Source: Candidatus Heimdallarchaeota archaeon (GTDB taxonomy: Archaea; Asgardarchaeota; Heimdallarchaeia; Heimdallarchaeales; Heimdallarchaeaceae). From it: 64,000 nt of DNA. The position numbers were made by a program, and so were the translations under genes. Below are positions 38,824 to 49,293 of this stretch, piece by piece. Below the pieces are notes generated by a model. It had not been told where the DNA came from. It did not search any database and was given only the letters and a program-made list of their open reading frames with translations. The stretch spans positions 11,047 to 75,046 of the forward strand of contig DAOVET010000003.1 in NCBI GenBank assembly GCA_030668825.1, in the 5' to 3' direction. Positions within the stretch are counted from its first letter, which is position 1. Each line of letters opens with the position of its first letter.

Positions 38824-41281
38824 GTTCTTTTTTTACCTTTTCTCTTTTTAAGAACTCTAGTTCATCCTTCATCCCCTTTATCTCTTCTCCCGTCTCGATT
38901 TCATTATAATTTGTATAAATAAAATCAACTATGTCAGAAGCTATCTTCTCACCAACTCCGCGTACTTCAAAGAAGTCCTCTAGTTTCGCATTCATAATCT
39001 CTTTAACCGATCCAAAATGCTTCAACATTCTACTAGATATCTTGTGGTCAACATGTGGTAAAGAAGCAATGGCTTCTTCTAATTGTGACTTAAGACCTAT
39101 TCCTTTTCTTTTACCAATTGAAATGCTTCTTTTTCTCTCTTCTTGTTCTCTTCTTGCCATAGCAAATAGAATTTCTGCTGTCTCTTTCTGATTTTGAGTG
39201 TGAATAATTGGGAGTCTGAAATCTGTAGCTAAAGAAGTTAAAGCTCCAGCAAGTGCATGTGGGTGAAGTGATGAACTGAATAAATTGAAGTCTCCTTCTA
39301 AAATCATTACTGGTTTTGCACAACTTTCTACCAATACTTTTGTTTGCACAAATAGCCGTTTATCTAAAATTGATTTGATAAAATCATCACCGGTTTTTCT
39401 CTCCACTACGATTTGATCTGAACAAATATAGTCACCAATATCCAATCTTTCAAATCCTAGTTCTACATCTTTGTTCATCAATTCTTTAATAACAACTGAA
39501 TTTCTTTCTCTACTATCACAAATTACTTTGATTTTTCCCTTTTCTTTAACGAATTTAACATCTTTAGTTTCTTTTTCGAGGTTTTCTAGTTCTTCTAGAT
39601 TTTCTTCTTGATATTCTTGTATCTTGGTTGAAATTTTTTCAGCTTCTTTGAGAAAATCCATAATTCCTTTTTGTTTGTCTTTCGTTGCTGTTTCTTTCCT
39701 TTTTAAGGGTTTTTCAAGCCTCTTCACGAGTTTTTTCATTTTTTGAGTTTGTCTCTTAGATACCCACATGTATGCTTCATCTCTAGTTCCCTCAGCGATG
39801 AGCATAATTACTTTACCTTCCTTTCTTCTTCCTGTCCGTCCCTTTCTCTGAATTAATCTGATAGCACTTGGGACAGCATCATAGAAAATTACTAACTCAC
39901 ACTCACCAATGTCTAACCCTTCTTCTGCAACACTAGTTGAAACTAATGAGTTGTAAGTTCCATCTCGAAAAGATTGCATAATTTCAATTTGTTCTTTCTG
40001 AGAAAGACCTTTATCTCCTCTTGCGGAAGATTGCCCCACAAACCAGTGGGAATTTATTCCACTTATTTTGTTTAGTTCTTCACTAATTATTTTGGCAGCT
40101 ACTCTGAAATGTGCAAAAATGAGTATTCTGTTGTTTGGATTATTAGATAATTCCTCAGTTACAATCTTCTTTAACCTTTCAATTTTCGGGTGAATAATTT
40201 TCTCTTCTTGAAGAATTTGAACAGATTCTACAACTTGTCGCATTTCATCTGAGAACATTAATTCTTTTAGTGCTCTACTTCCTTTCCCAAACTTAATCTC
40301 ATTAATTTGTTTTTCTAAATATTTACTTAACGAAGGTATTCCTTGTGTTTCAATAAGTTCTATGGCATGAGATAATCGAATTGAATTACCTACTAAAGAC
40401 ATGGCTCTGAAGAATTCTGTTCTATCTTCTTGGTCTGAATTACTGTAGATTTCATTTACTCTTGCTCTTAACTGTAACAATTCCCTCCTGGGATTATTTT
40501 TTGGGGAGACTGATTTAATAATTTTAAGTTCTTTTAATCCCTCTAGGATAACCTTGAAGAGATCATTTAGTGTATCAATAATTGCTTTAAATTCATCTGA
40601 TAGTGGAATAATTTCCCAGCTTTCATCAATTTCATGTATATATTGCCTAACATCATCTGAACTTTCATCACGCATTTCGATGTTAGTGATTCCAAGATTT
40701 GATTGAACTTCATTAATTCTTTCAATTTTTGAACCGGGACTAGCGGTTATACCAAGCAATAAAGGATTGGTTGCTCTTTTAAGATATTGTTCTGCGATGA
40801 AAACATAGCTATGGTCTCCAACAGCTTTATGTGCTTCATCTAAACACAGAAAAATAATTTCTTCCAATTTGACTCTTCTTTGAATTATGTCATTCTGTAT
40901 AGTTTGAGGCGTAGTAATGAACACTTGGCCATTAGCCCAAATCTCCCTGCGTTTCTTTGGATCAATTTGTCCAGAAACTTGAACAATTTTATCTTGATCA
41001 ATATTTAGTGATTTACGGGTTGTACGCTCATGCTGATCAAGTAAGGGTTTTGTTGGAGCACAAAAAACGATTTTTCCTTCTGGAAACTTCTCTAATCTCT
41101 GTGCAGTAATCATCAGATAAAGAACGGTTTTACCTAACCCTGTTGGTAAAATAACAAGGGAATTTTCCTTTATACAAGAAGCAAAAAGAGTCTGTTGGTA
41201 TAATCTTGCTTCAATTGTATTTGGCTTAATCAAAGGATGATTTAGGTATTCAGTCTGGTTCATTTTAGACCACAATAACAA
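38792..41281 (-). CDS. hef: Hef helicase-nuclease (FANCM/XPF-like)
   Basis: PTGLGKT, DEAH, TASPG, QRKGRTGR, ERCC4 GDY..VERKT, HhH. Confidence 0.96.
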   Translation of the reverse strand: MLLWSKMNQTEYLNHPLIKPNTIEARLYQQTLFASCIKENSLVILPTGLGKTVLYLMITAQRLEKFPEGKIVFCAPTKPLLDQHERTTRKSLNIDQDKIVQVSGQIDPKKRREIWANGQVFITTPQTIQNDIIQRRVKLEEIIFLCLDEAHKAVGDHSYVFIAEQYLKRATNPLLLGITASPGSKIERINEVQSNLGITNIEMRDESSDDVRQYIHEIDESWEIIPLSDEFKAIIDTLNDLFKVILEGLKELKIIKSVSPKNNPRRELLQLRARVNEIYSNSDQEDRTEFFRAMSLVGNSIRLSHAIELIETQGIPSLSKYLEKQINEIKFGKGSRALKELMFSDEMRQVVESVQILQEEKIIHPKIERLKKIVTEELSNNPNNRILIFAHFRVAAKIISEELNKISGINSHWFVGQSSARGDKGLSQKEQIEIMQSFRDGTYNSLVSTSVAEEGLDIGECELVIFYDAVPSAIRLIQRKGRTGRRKEGKVIMLIAEGTRDEAYMWVSKRQTQKMKKLVKRLEKPLKRKETATKDKQKGIMDFLKEAEKISTKIQEYQEENLEELENLEKETKDVKFVKEKGKIKVICDSRERNSVVIKELMNKDVELGFERLDIGDYICSDQIVVERKTGDDFIKSILDKRLFVQTKVLVESCAKPVMILEGDFNLFSSSLHPHALAGALTSLATDFRLPIIHTQNQKETAEILFAMARREQEERKRSISIGKRKGIGLKSQLEEAIASLPHVDHKISSRMLKHFGSVKEIMNAKLEDFFEVRGVGEKIASDIVDFIYTNYNEIETGEEIKGMKDELEFLKREKVKKEPKNSENGENQ

Positions 41282-41335
41282 TTTGCATATGATGTTTTAT
41301 ATTTGAATATATAAATTATAGTTCTTTCTAATTCT

Positions 41336-42958
41336 TTGCTAAAGCCAATGCAAAACTCTTATAATGTTGCAGTTAGAGATGAAAGAGTGTCTATTATGAG
41401 TTCTGAACGAGATGACCCAGAAATGCCCTCAGGAACTCAACTGAAAATTGTCACACTAGTTAGTACTGTAGGTATAGGGGTTTTCATGTCCTCTTTAGAT
41501 GCTTCCATTGTGGTAGTAATTTTGGATAACATAAGATCTCTCTACGGCTATACAATCCTGTCTCTCAGTGAATTTGGTGGCATTCCACAATTAACATGGA
41601 ACTTTGTAGATGTTACACCTACACAAATACAGTGGGTGATGCTTTCATATCTTCTTGTAATGATGGCTTTTACAGTTATCGCAGGAGATTTAGGTGACAG
41701 ATTCAGCAACAAAAGAATATTTCAGTATGGAATGATTTGTTTTGCTATTGGGTCACTTTTCTGTTATTTGTCCATTGAATTTCTTACTCGTTCTATTTGG
41801 TGGTTAGTGCTCAGTAGAGTTATCCAATCTCTAGGAGCTACAGGAATGCTGGCAAATGGAATGGCCCTTGTAACTAGATTTACTACTAAGAAGAATAGAG
41901 GAACTGCAGTAGGTATAAACAACGTTGTTATTTCTATAGCAGTAATCTTAGGACCTGTTTTTGGATCTGTAATAGGTCAATATTGGAATATTGGTGGTGT
42001 GTTTTTAATTAATCTTCCAATTGCAGCTATCGGATTAGTGTTAGTACATCTTAATATTCCAAAAACTCCACCATTAGCAGAAAAGAGAACAGCAGATTAT
42101 CTTGGATCTTTTTTAATTGCAGTATTTCTAATGATTTTAGTTTTAAGCTTCAGTATTTTTCCTGAATCAGAAACTATTCCAAACGCGAGAATCTTGGCGG
42201 GGCTAGCTCTAGGTTTCAGTCTTCTTGTTCTTCCAGTTTTCATATGGTGGGAAAGAAAAACGTCTAATCCTCTGCTTGATTTCAAGATGTTAAAAAACAA
42301 GAAGATCTCAATAGGTTTAGTTACTGCCATATTAAAACATCAAGGGTATATAGTTATTATCTATCAATTTAGCTTGTTTTTACCGAGATTTGGAATAACC
42401 CATACTCCAATAGAACTTGGTTTAGTGCTTTCAGGAGTAGCTATTGGCATGGCAATTTTTGCAGCAGTTTCAGGAAAATTATCAAACACAGTTGATGCAA
42501 GATATTTATGTACTGGTGCAATGATGGGTGTTGCTATAATGCTTGCAGTTCTTTCTGCATTAATTGATGTTAATGCTCATCTGTCGATATATATTATCTC
42601 GGCAATTGTGATAGGTATCTGTATAGGAATGTTTCAATCTCCCAATGGCAACAGTATTATGAGCGCTGCACCAAAGGAAAAACTTGGGATAGCAAGCGCT
42701 TTACATGGTTTAACAACCAGTGTAGGGATAAGCTTGGGGACAGCTATTTCTACAGCTATTCTTGCTTTTGCAGTAGGTCTTGCTTCAAATAAAAATGGCC
42801 TACCTATTTATGGAGAAGTAAATTACGCAATTGGACTCAAATGGGTATTTGGGGTATATGCAATAGTAACCTTTTTGGGAGCAGTTCTATCATATTTCAG
42901 AGGACCAGAAGATAGAAGTGATGATGAACCTATAGAAAAAGTAATGAAAACACATTAA
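41336..42958 (+). CDS. MFS transporter, DHA2 (14-TM) type
   Basis: FMSSLDASIV, QWVMLSYLL, GDLGDRF, GPVFG, FLINLPI, FQSPN. Confidence 0.92.
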   Translation: MLKPMQNSYNVAVRDERVSIMSSERDDPEMPSGTQLKIVTLVSTVGIGVFMSSLDASIVVVILDNIRSLYGYTILSLSEFGGIPQLTWNFVDVTPTQIQWVMLSYLLVMMAFTVIAGDLGDRFSNKRIFQYGMICFAIGSLFCYLSIEFLTRSIWWLVLSRVIQSLGATGMLANGMALVTRFTTKKNRGTAVGINNVVISIAVILGPVFGSVIGQYWNIGGVFLINLPIAAIGLVLVHLNIPKTPPLAEKRTADYLGSFLIAVFLMILVLSFSIFPESETIPNARILAGLALGFSLLVLPVFIWWERKTSNPLLDFKMLKNKKISIGLVTAILKHQGYIVIIYQFSLFLPRFGITHTPIELGLVLSGVAIGMAIFAAVSGKLSNTVDARYLCTGAMMGVAIMLAVLSALIDVNAHLSIYIISAIVIGICIGMFQSPNGNSIMSAAPKEKLGIASALHGLTTSVGISLGTAISTAILAFAVGLASNKNGLPIYGEVNYAIGLKWVFGVYAIVTFLGAVLSYFRGPEDRSDDEPIEKVMKTH

Positions 42959-43102
42959 GTTTTCATTCTTTCTTTCAAGTTAAGAAAAGTTGACGAAGTT
43001 TTTTAAAATGGCCTTTATCTTAATACAAACATAAAGGCTTTATATTAATTGGGTGTGTAATCACTCTATTTTTAAAGCAACGAAAAACAGCAATATTAAA
43101 GG

Positions 43103-45580
43103 TTGATGACTGTGAGTGAATTCGTTCCTAGACTAACAGAAAAAACATATGACCCCCAAACAAAGGATATAAAACTATTCAATATTTGGCAAAAGGAAAA
43201 ACTGTTTGCATTTAACAAAAACTCAGGAAAGCCAATCTATTGTATAGATACCCCTCCGCCTTATGCAAATGCACCTTGGCACATGGGTGGTGCTATTCAT
43301 TATAGTGGAATAGATATGATTGCTAGATATAAACGTATGTCTGGAAATGAAATCTTATTTCCAATGTGTTTGGATCGCAATGGCCTACCAATTGAAGTTC
43401 AAGCTGAGAAAGAATTCAAGGTATCCATGCATGATGTTCCAAGAGAAGAATTTTTGAAAATGTGCAAAAGGATCTTAGATCGAGTAGGTGACCAAATACT
43501 CCATATATGCAGAATTTTAGGATTCAGCAATAATTCCTTTGAATGGGACGAAGTTTACAAAACTGACGAAGAACAATACAGGGCACTTACTCAAGCGACA
43601 TTCATTGAATTGTTTAAGGATAATCAAATTTACGAAGATAATCGACCCAACAATTATTGCACCCGCTGCAAAACAACCATAGCCGATAATGAAATTGATT
43701 ATGAGTCAGGTTCACATTTACTCTATGATGTTAGGTTCAAAGTAAAAGAAACAGGTGAGGAGTTAATTATCTCAACGTCTAGACCTGAGTTGATACCAGC
43801 TATAGGGGTAGTAATTTTTAGCCCAAAAGATGAAAGGTATTTGCATTTAAAGGGGAAGACAGCTATATCTCCTATATTTGAAGATGAAGTGCTGATTATG
43901 CCCCATCATTATGCAAAAGCTGAATTTGGAACCGGTATAATGATGGTATGTGCTTATGGAGATTCAGGAGATGTTCAAATATTTAGAGAACTTCAATTAA
44001 ATCCCCAAACTGTAATAGATACAGATGGTAAGATAACAGAACAAGTACCTGCTTATACTGGTTTAACAGTGAAAGAAGCAAGAAAACAAATTGCTATTGA
44101 TCTTGAAGAACAAGGGTTTATTCTTGAGAAAGCAGATGCACCTCATAATTTTCCAACATGTTCTAGATGTAAGAAAGAAGTAGAATTTCTAGCAATGCCT
44201 GAGTATTACCTAAAACAAGTAGAATATGTTCCAAAGTTACTTGAGTATGCGCAAGAGATGGATTTTTTCCCACCTTTCATGAGACAGGTTTGGGTAGATT
44301 GGTTGAACATTGTTTCGATTGACTGGCCAATAAGCAGAAGACGGTATTATGGAACAGAAGTACCCATATGGTATTGTAATAAATGTAATCATCCCAATGT
44401 GCCTGAACCAGGACCTTATTATCAACCTTGGAAAGATGACCCTCCCTTTGGTACATGTGAAAAATGCAATAGCTCTGAGGGTTTTGAAGGTGATTCACGT
44501 ACTTTTGATACTTGGATGGATTCTTCAATTAGTGAAATATACATAACTAAACATCCTCACAACAAGAAAGATGAAGAACTATTTAAGGAATTGAACAGCA
44601 GACCCTTTATATGTGATATAAGGCCTCAAGGTAAGGATATAGTACGAACATGGTTACATTATACTATGTTAAGGGGTCTTCAACTTCATAATAAACCCGC
44701 ATTTAATCATGCTTGGATTTCAGGACACGTGGTAAATAGTAAAGGCGAAAAGATGTCAAAAAGCAAAGGAGCTGCTGTACACCCTGAGAAAATGATTGAA
44801 AAATTTGGTGGTGATGCTGTGAGATTTTATGGAGCAGCTGAAGCAAGTCATGGCTCTGATATCAGATTCAATCAGCAGAGATTACAAGGTATTTCCAAAT
44901 TCATAAACAAATTTTACAATATTGCCAAATTTGTTAGTAGATTTCCTATAGTCGAAGATGAATTAGAAATTTCTTTACAACCGGCTGATGAATGGATACT
45001 ATCTGAATTAGCAAAGGCTATAGATGAATCTCAAAAAGGTTATGAGATATATGATTTTCAAATACCAGCTAAAACTCTTCGAAATTTTGCCTGGGAAACA
45101 TTCGCTTCACATTATGTGGAACTTGTAAAAGGAAGAGCTTACAACAGAAATGGCACATACAAAATTAAAGAACAAAAAGCTGCTTGGTTCACCCTTCATA
45201 AAATTATAAAAGAATTAACCAAAGCTTTTGCTCCAATCATTCCATTTGTTACAGATTTAATCTATAGAGGGATTTATGATTCATGCGTTCACACACAAGC
45301 GTTTCCAAAACCTGAAGAAATTATTAAAAAATCCATGTTCACAAATTTAACATCATTACTATTAGAAATAAATTCTGCAATTTGGAAATTTAAGAAAGAT
45401 AAGAAACTGCCTTTGAACACTCCGATAAAACAAGCATACTTTCCCAAAGAACTATCTCCTTTGATGGGTGACCTTCAATCGATGCATGGAATTGAAAGTA
45501 TGGTAGAAAATATAGATAGTATAAAGGAAGGAGAAATAATAAGTCTCACAGAAGAAACCATCATAAACCTGAAATTATAG
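43103..45580 (+). CDS. valS: Valyl-tRNA synthetase (archaeal type)
   Basis: IDTPPPY, HMGG, DWPISRRR, DTWMDSS, KMSKS. Confidence 0.95.
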   Translation: MMTVSEFVPRLTEKTYDPQTKDIKLFNIWQKEKLFAFNKNSGKPIYCIDTPPPYANAPWHMGGAIHYSGIDMIARYKRMSGNEILFPMCLDRNGLPIEVQAEKEFKVSMHDVPREEFLKMCKRILDRVGDQILHICRILGFSNNSFEWDEVYKTDEEQYRALTQATFIELFKDNQIYEDNRPNNYCTRCKTTIADNEIDYESGSHLLYDVRFKVKETGEELIISTSRPELIPAIGVVIFSPKDERYLHLKGKTAISPIFEDEVLIMPHHYAKAEFGTGIMMVCAYGDSGDVQIFRELQLNPQTVIDTDGKITEQVPAYTGLTVKEARKQIAIDLEEQGFILEKADAPHNFPTCSRCKKEVEFLAMPEYYLKQVEYVPKLLEYAQEMDFFPPFMRQVWVDWLNIVSIDWPISRRRYYGTEVPIWYCNKCNHPNVPEPGPYYQPWKDDPPFGTCEKCNSSEGFEGDSRTFDTWMDSSISEIYITKHPHNKKDEELFKELNSRPFICDIRPQGKDIVRTWLHYTMLRGLQLHNKPAFNHAWISGHVVNSKGEKMSKSKGAAVHPEKMIEKFGGDAVRFYGAAEASHGSDIRFNQQRLQGISKFINKFYNIAKFVSRFPIVEDELEISLQPADEWILSELAKAIDESQKGYEIYDFQIPAKTLRNFAWETFASHYVELVKGRAYNRNGTYKIKEQKAAWFTLHKIIKELTKAFAPIIPFVTDLIYRGIYDSCVHTQAFPKPEEIIKKSMFTNLTSLLLEINSAIWKFKKDKKLPLNTPIKQAYFPKELSPLMGDLQSMHGIESMVENIDSIKEGEIISLTEETIINLKL

Positions 45581-45606
45581 GTTATTATGAAATGGTAATC
45601 AAGAAT

Positions 45607-45912
45607 TTACCAGCTGGGGATTTTTTTCTTTACTCTTGTTTCTGGAGTTCCTTTAATTATATGTCCTTCAACTAAAATTATCGTTCCATCTGTAATTTTG
45701 ATTTGAAAAACTTGATTTGACTTTGGAATCCATAAGACCTTCTTTTCAGTTGAAACTCTTAAAAGATTGGAAGTTTCCTCTTCAATAATACCTTTTACAC
45801 CAATTAAATCTTCAGAGGAACTATGTTTTACTTCTATTTCTAAACCTACTAGTGACGAAGAAAGATTTCGCCAAACTCTAGATTTTCGTTTATTACGATT
45901 TTCTTTTGACAT
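45607..45912 (-). CDS. rnp1: Ribonuclease P protein component 1 (Rpp29/Pop4)
   Basis: LVGLEIEV, GVKGIIEEETSN, IPK, G..I.GTPETR; follows rpl29. Confidence 0.93.
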   Translation of the reverse strand: MSKENRNKRKSRVWRNLSSSLVGLEIEVKHSSSEDLIGVKGIIEEETSNLLRVSTEKKVLWIPKSNQVFQIKITDGTIILVEGHIIKGTPETRVKKKIPSW

Positions 45913-46115
45913 TAAATCTCATCTAGTTCAGTCATAATAGTCACAATTCTTGCAATTGCTTTCTTATATTCTTGAATTTGACCTGGATTTTCGATTGATC
46001 CACCAGATGATAATTCGGATTGAATTGTAAATAGCTTCTTCTTAAATTCGTCCAGTTTCTTGAGTCTTTGATTTTTATTCAACTTTCTAATTTCACTTGA
46101 TCTTATTAGTGTCAC
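45912..46115 (-). CDS. rpl29: 50S ribosomal protein uL29
   Basis: EIRKL, ENPGQIQEYKKAIARIVT. Confidence 0.95.
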   Translation of the reverse strand: MTLIRSSEIRKLNKNQRLKKLDEFKKKLFTIQSELSSGGSIENPGQIQEYKKAIARIVTIMTELDEI

Positions 46116-46129
46116 ATCATTTCACTCCT

Positions 46130-47083
46130 TCATTTCTTCTTGGACTTTTCTTTTGGTTTTTCTTCTTCCTTATCTTCTTTCTTTGATTTGGAAGCTTTAA
46201 CATCTTTCTTTGGTTTTTCTTCTTTCTTATCTTCTTTCTTTGGTTTGGAAGCCTTAACATCTTTCTTTGATTTTGAAACTTTATCAACTTCTTCCAGTTC
46301 TTCAAACTCGTCTTTGGGTTTCTTCTTTTTCTTCTTACTCTCTTCTTCTGTTATTTTTTCGAGTTCTTCATCGATATCTGGAAACTCTTCTAATTCTTCA
46401 ATAACTTCTTCACTAACTTCTTCGATAATCTCAGGTTCTTCTTCTATACCAATATCCACTATCATGGATGTTGAAGTTGGTTCAGCTTCAATAGTAATGT
46501 CATCAGGTAAAATTGCATCTCCCCTCATGATTCGAACTTGAATACCTATTAATCCTCGTCGAATAAGGGCTGTTGCTTTTCCTATATCGACATATCGCTC
46601 TGCAGGATCTCCTGCCTTTGCAACAAAACCAGCTCTGAATGTTTCAACTCTTGCTCTTTGACTAGTGATCTTTCCACTAATCTTTATTTCAATACCTTTG
46701 GCTCCAACTGATAATATACGTCTAATTATACCATGAGCACTTCTACGAAAATGACGTCCCCTCTCTAAAGAAGATGCTAAACGAAACGCCATAATACGGG
46801 CATCAAGTTCTGGATTTTCTACCTCGGTTACCTCAATTTGTGGATTATCTAAATCATATTGCTCGCGTAATGCTTCAGTAATCCTGTGGATGTTTCTTCC
46901 TCTTCCCCCAATCGCTAATCCTACTCTCCCCACTTTAAGAATAACACGATCTCCCAAAGGTGTTCTTCTAAGTTCAACTCCCCCATATTCAGCATTTTTT
47001 AATTCTTCAGCTAAATATTCGTCAATTGCATTTTTTTGATATTTTTTTAATAGATAGTCTTTTGTTGTAGGCATAATTATCAC
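46130..47083 (-). CDS. rps3: 30S ribosomal protein uS3 with a ~110-aa acidic/Lys-rich tail
   Basis: RTPLG, KH IGGRGRNI, GAKGIEIKISGK. Confidence 0.97.
   Translation of the reverse strand: MIIMPTTKDYLLKKYQKNAIDEYLAEELKNAEYGGVELRRTPLGDRVILKVGRVGLAIGGRGRNIHRITEALREQYDLDNPQIEVTEVENPELDARIMAFRLASSLERGRHFRRSAHGIIRRILSVGAKGIEIKISGKITSQRARVETFRAGFVAKAGDPAERYVDIGKATALIRRGLIGIQVRIMRGDAILPDDITIEAEPTSTSMIVDIGIEEEPEIIEEVSEEVIEELEEFPDIDEELEKITEEESKKKKKKPKDEFEELEEVDKVSKSKKDVKASKPKKEDKKEEKPKKDVKASKSKKEDKEEEKPKEKSKKK
46152..46268 (-). repeat. 57-bp tandem repeat x2 in the uS3 tail (KKDVKASKxKKEDKxEEKP)
   Basis: Units 46152-46208 and 46209-46265 are nearly identical. Confidence 0.9.
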
Positions 47084-47544
47084 ATCTCAGCTACTTCTGC
47101 TACTAATTCTACATGGATAAATTGTCTCATTTTAGGTGAAGAACTTCCATGAGCTCGGTAAAACATACCTTGTTGTCTTGTTCCTTGTAGAGTTACAGCA
47201 TGAGTAATCCTACATTTATCTAACTGTAATTGATTATTTTCCGCATTGTTTTCTAGATTTCTTACAACTTTAAGAATCTCTGTTGCAGCTTTCATAGGAT
47301 ATCTGCCACTTGCCCAACCAACTACGCTACTTTTGTGTCCTACATTATTTTTGAATCGTCTATATGGGACTGCAAGTTTCTTATCAATTACAGCCTCAAG
47401 AAACTCAATAGTTTGATGAATTGTCATACCCTTAATTGTGTTACAAACTTCGCGAGCTGCCTTTCTACTAACATCGATACCTCTAGCAGAGGCTTTGGCT
47501 GATCTATCAGGATCTGTTTGAACTGAATATTTGTATTTTGGCAA
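47080..47544 (-). CDS. rpl22: 50S ribosomal protein uL22
   Basis: SRKAAREVC, GRYPMKA, RAHG, HVELV. Confidence 0.96.
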   Translation of the reverse strand: MPKYKYSVQTDPDRSAKASARGIDVSRKAAREVCNTIKGMTIHQTIEFLEAVIDKKLAVPYRRFKNNVGHKSSVVGWASGRYPMKAATEILKVVRNLENNAENNQLQLDKCRITHAVTLQGTRQQGMFYRAHGSSSPKMRQFIHVELVAEVAEM

Positions 47545-47850
47545 TCTTATATCTCCTGTATATTCGTGTTACTATTGACTACATTAGCGAGTAAGAGTAC
47601 AATTTTTAAGGTTTATTAACGGATACAAATTGTATTAACTGTTACCCGGCAAGTAAAATCGACTATTTGTTATTTAAAATGGTTTTCTTTAATGAGCAAA
47701 TAAAAGAAAGAACAATTTAATTATATTCTGAAAGTTTTTTCAGCATTTAAATTTCAATTTTTGAAAAACTTAACAATAACAACTATTAAAAAGATAAATG
47801 ATGGAGAAAATCTGTCGATATAGTTTCAAATTAAACAAAAACTAAAAACA

Positions 47851-47951
47851 GGTATGCGACGTCTTACTCCAAAAGAAATTCTGGAGCCGAAATTATTTTC
47901 CTGTGTTTTTAACATGGGAAAATATGGGTATAAGACGCTTTACCGAGGTGA
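47851..47951 (+). promoter_or_regulatory. Putative structured 5' leader (three-way junction) of the rps17/spc block
   Basis: CGTCTTA/TAAGACG, CTCCA/TGGAG, TATTTTCCTGTGTT/AACATGGGAAAATA and GGTA/TACC stems ending at the SD GAGGTGA. Confidence 0.55.
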
Positions 47952-47958
47952 CAAAAAA

Positions 47959-48291
47959 ATGAGTGAAGTAAAGAATATAGGTGTTCCTGGAGTGGAACCA
48001 CCTACCACAGAATGTGAAGATCCACGTTGTCCTTTTCATGGTAAACTTCCAGTTAGAGGGAGGATTTTCACAGGAAAAGTGGTTTCTGACAAGATGAGAC
48101 GAACTGTCGTTATTAGGAGAGATTATCTTCAGTATGTGAAAAAATACAGAAGATATGAACGTGCTCATGGAAAGATTTCTGCCCATAACCCTCCTTGTTT
48201 AAATGTTAAAGAAGGTGATATGGTTTTAGCAGCAGAATGCCGACCACTCGCAAAAACTGTGAGTTTTGTTGTTATACAAAAACTAAACTAA
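47959..48291 (+). CDS. rps17: 30S ribosomal protein uS17 (true start MSEVK at 47959)
   Basis: CEDPRCPFHG, GKVVSDKM, AHNPPC, ECRPLAKT; SD GAGGTGA upstream. Confidence 0.97.
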   Translation: MSEVKNIGVPGVEPPTTECEDPRCPFHGKLPVRGRIFTGKVVSDKMRRTVVIRRDYLQYVKKYRRYERAHGKISAHNPPCLNVKEGDMVLAAECRPLAKTVSFVVIQKLN

Positions 48292-48300
48292 GGTGATAAA

Positions 48301-48717
48301 ATGGCAAAAAGAAAAACAGTCGGAAGGACTCAAGTTCATATCACTAAAGGATTGATAGTTGGTTCTAAATTACGCTGCGCGGATAATTCTGGTGCAAGAA
48401 TTGTGCAAATTATTGCAGTAAAAAATTATAGAGGAAGATTAAACAGGATTCCCAAAGCTTCTGTTGCAAATATGGTTATAGTATCAGTGAAGCAAGGAAC
48501 ACCTCAAAGAAGAAAGCAAATCTTCTCTGCAGTGATTGTAAGACAACGTTCCCCTTATCGTAGAAGATCGGGAGATTGGATACAATTTGAGGAAAATGCT
48601 GTGGTTCTTACAAATGAAGTAGGAGACCCACTTGGAAGCGAGATTAGAGGACCGGTTGCTAAGGAAGCAGCAGAAAAATGGCCAAGAATAGCTCACCAAG
48701 CTTCCATAATCGTATAG
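48301..48717 (+). CDS. rpl14: 50S ribosomal protein uL14
   Basis: CADNSGA, AVIVRQR, FEENAVV, GPVAKEAAE. Confidence 0.98.
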   Translation: MAKRKTVGRTQVHITKGLIVGSKLRCADNSGARIVQIIAVKNYRGRLNRIPKASVANMVIVSVKQGTPQRRKQIFSAVIVRQRSPYRRRSGDWIQFEENAVVLTNEVGDPLGSEIRGPVAKEAAEKWPRIAHQASIIV

Positions 48718-48726
48718 GTGATTAAA

Positions 48727-49293
48727 ATGAAACAAACCAAGTCAATACAACCTCGTAAACAGAGGAAGAGTCATTTCAAAGCTGAATATCATATCAGAAA
48801 TCGTAAAATGACTGCTCTATTATCTCATGCATTAAGAGAAAAATATGGTATCCGCCGTTTGCCTATACACAGAAACGATAAGGTAACAGTCTTCAAAAAC
48901 AAATCACAAGACGCAGAAATTAAAGGAAAAGTCATTAGGGTTCTACCACAAAGATATGCAGTTCATATTGAAGGACACAGTAAAGAAAAAGCAGATGGAA
49001 CTATTGTCAGCTTTCCAGTTCATCCAAGTAATGTTGTGATAACCTCACTAAATTTAAGAGATAAAAAGAGACGAGCTATTATTCAGCGAAGGTCTAAAAA
49101 AGAAATAACTGATGAAGAATTAGCTGAAGATATTTTTGACGAAGATGAAGAGTTAACTGAAGAACTAGAAGATCTTGATATGCTAGACGATGAGAATATC
49201 CTCGAAGAAGATTTCGAGGATCTTGATATGGATGAATTAGATGAAGGAGAAGAAAAAACTCCTGACACTGAAGCAAAGGAGGAATCAGAATGA
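48727..49293 (+). CDS. rpl24: 50S ribosomal protein uL24 with long acidic tail
   Basis: QPRKQRK, LREKYG.RRLP, PVHPSNV; about 60-aa D/E-rich tail. Confidence 0.96.
   Translation: MKQTKSIQPRKQRKSHFKAEYHIRNRKMTALLSHALREKYGIRRLPIHRNDKVTVFKNKSQDAEIKGKVIRVLPQRYAVHIEGHSKEKADGTIVSFPVHPSNVVITSLNLRDKKRRAIIQRRSKKEITDEELAEDIFDEDEELTEELEDLDMLDDENILEEDFEDLDMDELDEGEEKTPDTEAKEESE

Noticed and set aside
46117-46541. Overlapping ORFs with Ser/Phe- or Lys-rich repeats; similar ones at 49083-49351 and 52205-52525
   Set aside because: Alternative-frame or antisense shadows of low-complexity ribosomal protein tails.
47545-47700. Structured leader for the rpl22 block
   Set aside because: Only short, weak, AT-rich stems could be found by eye.
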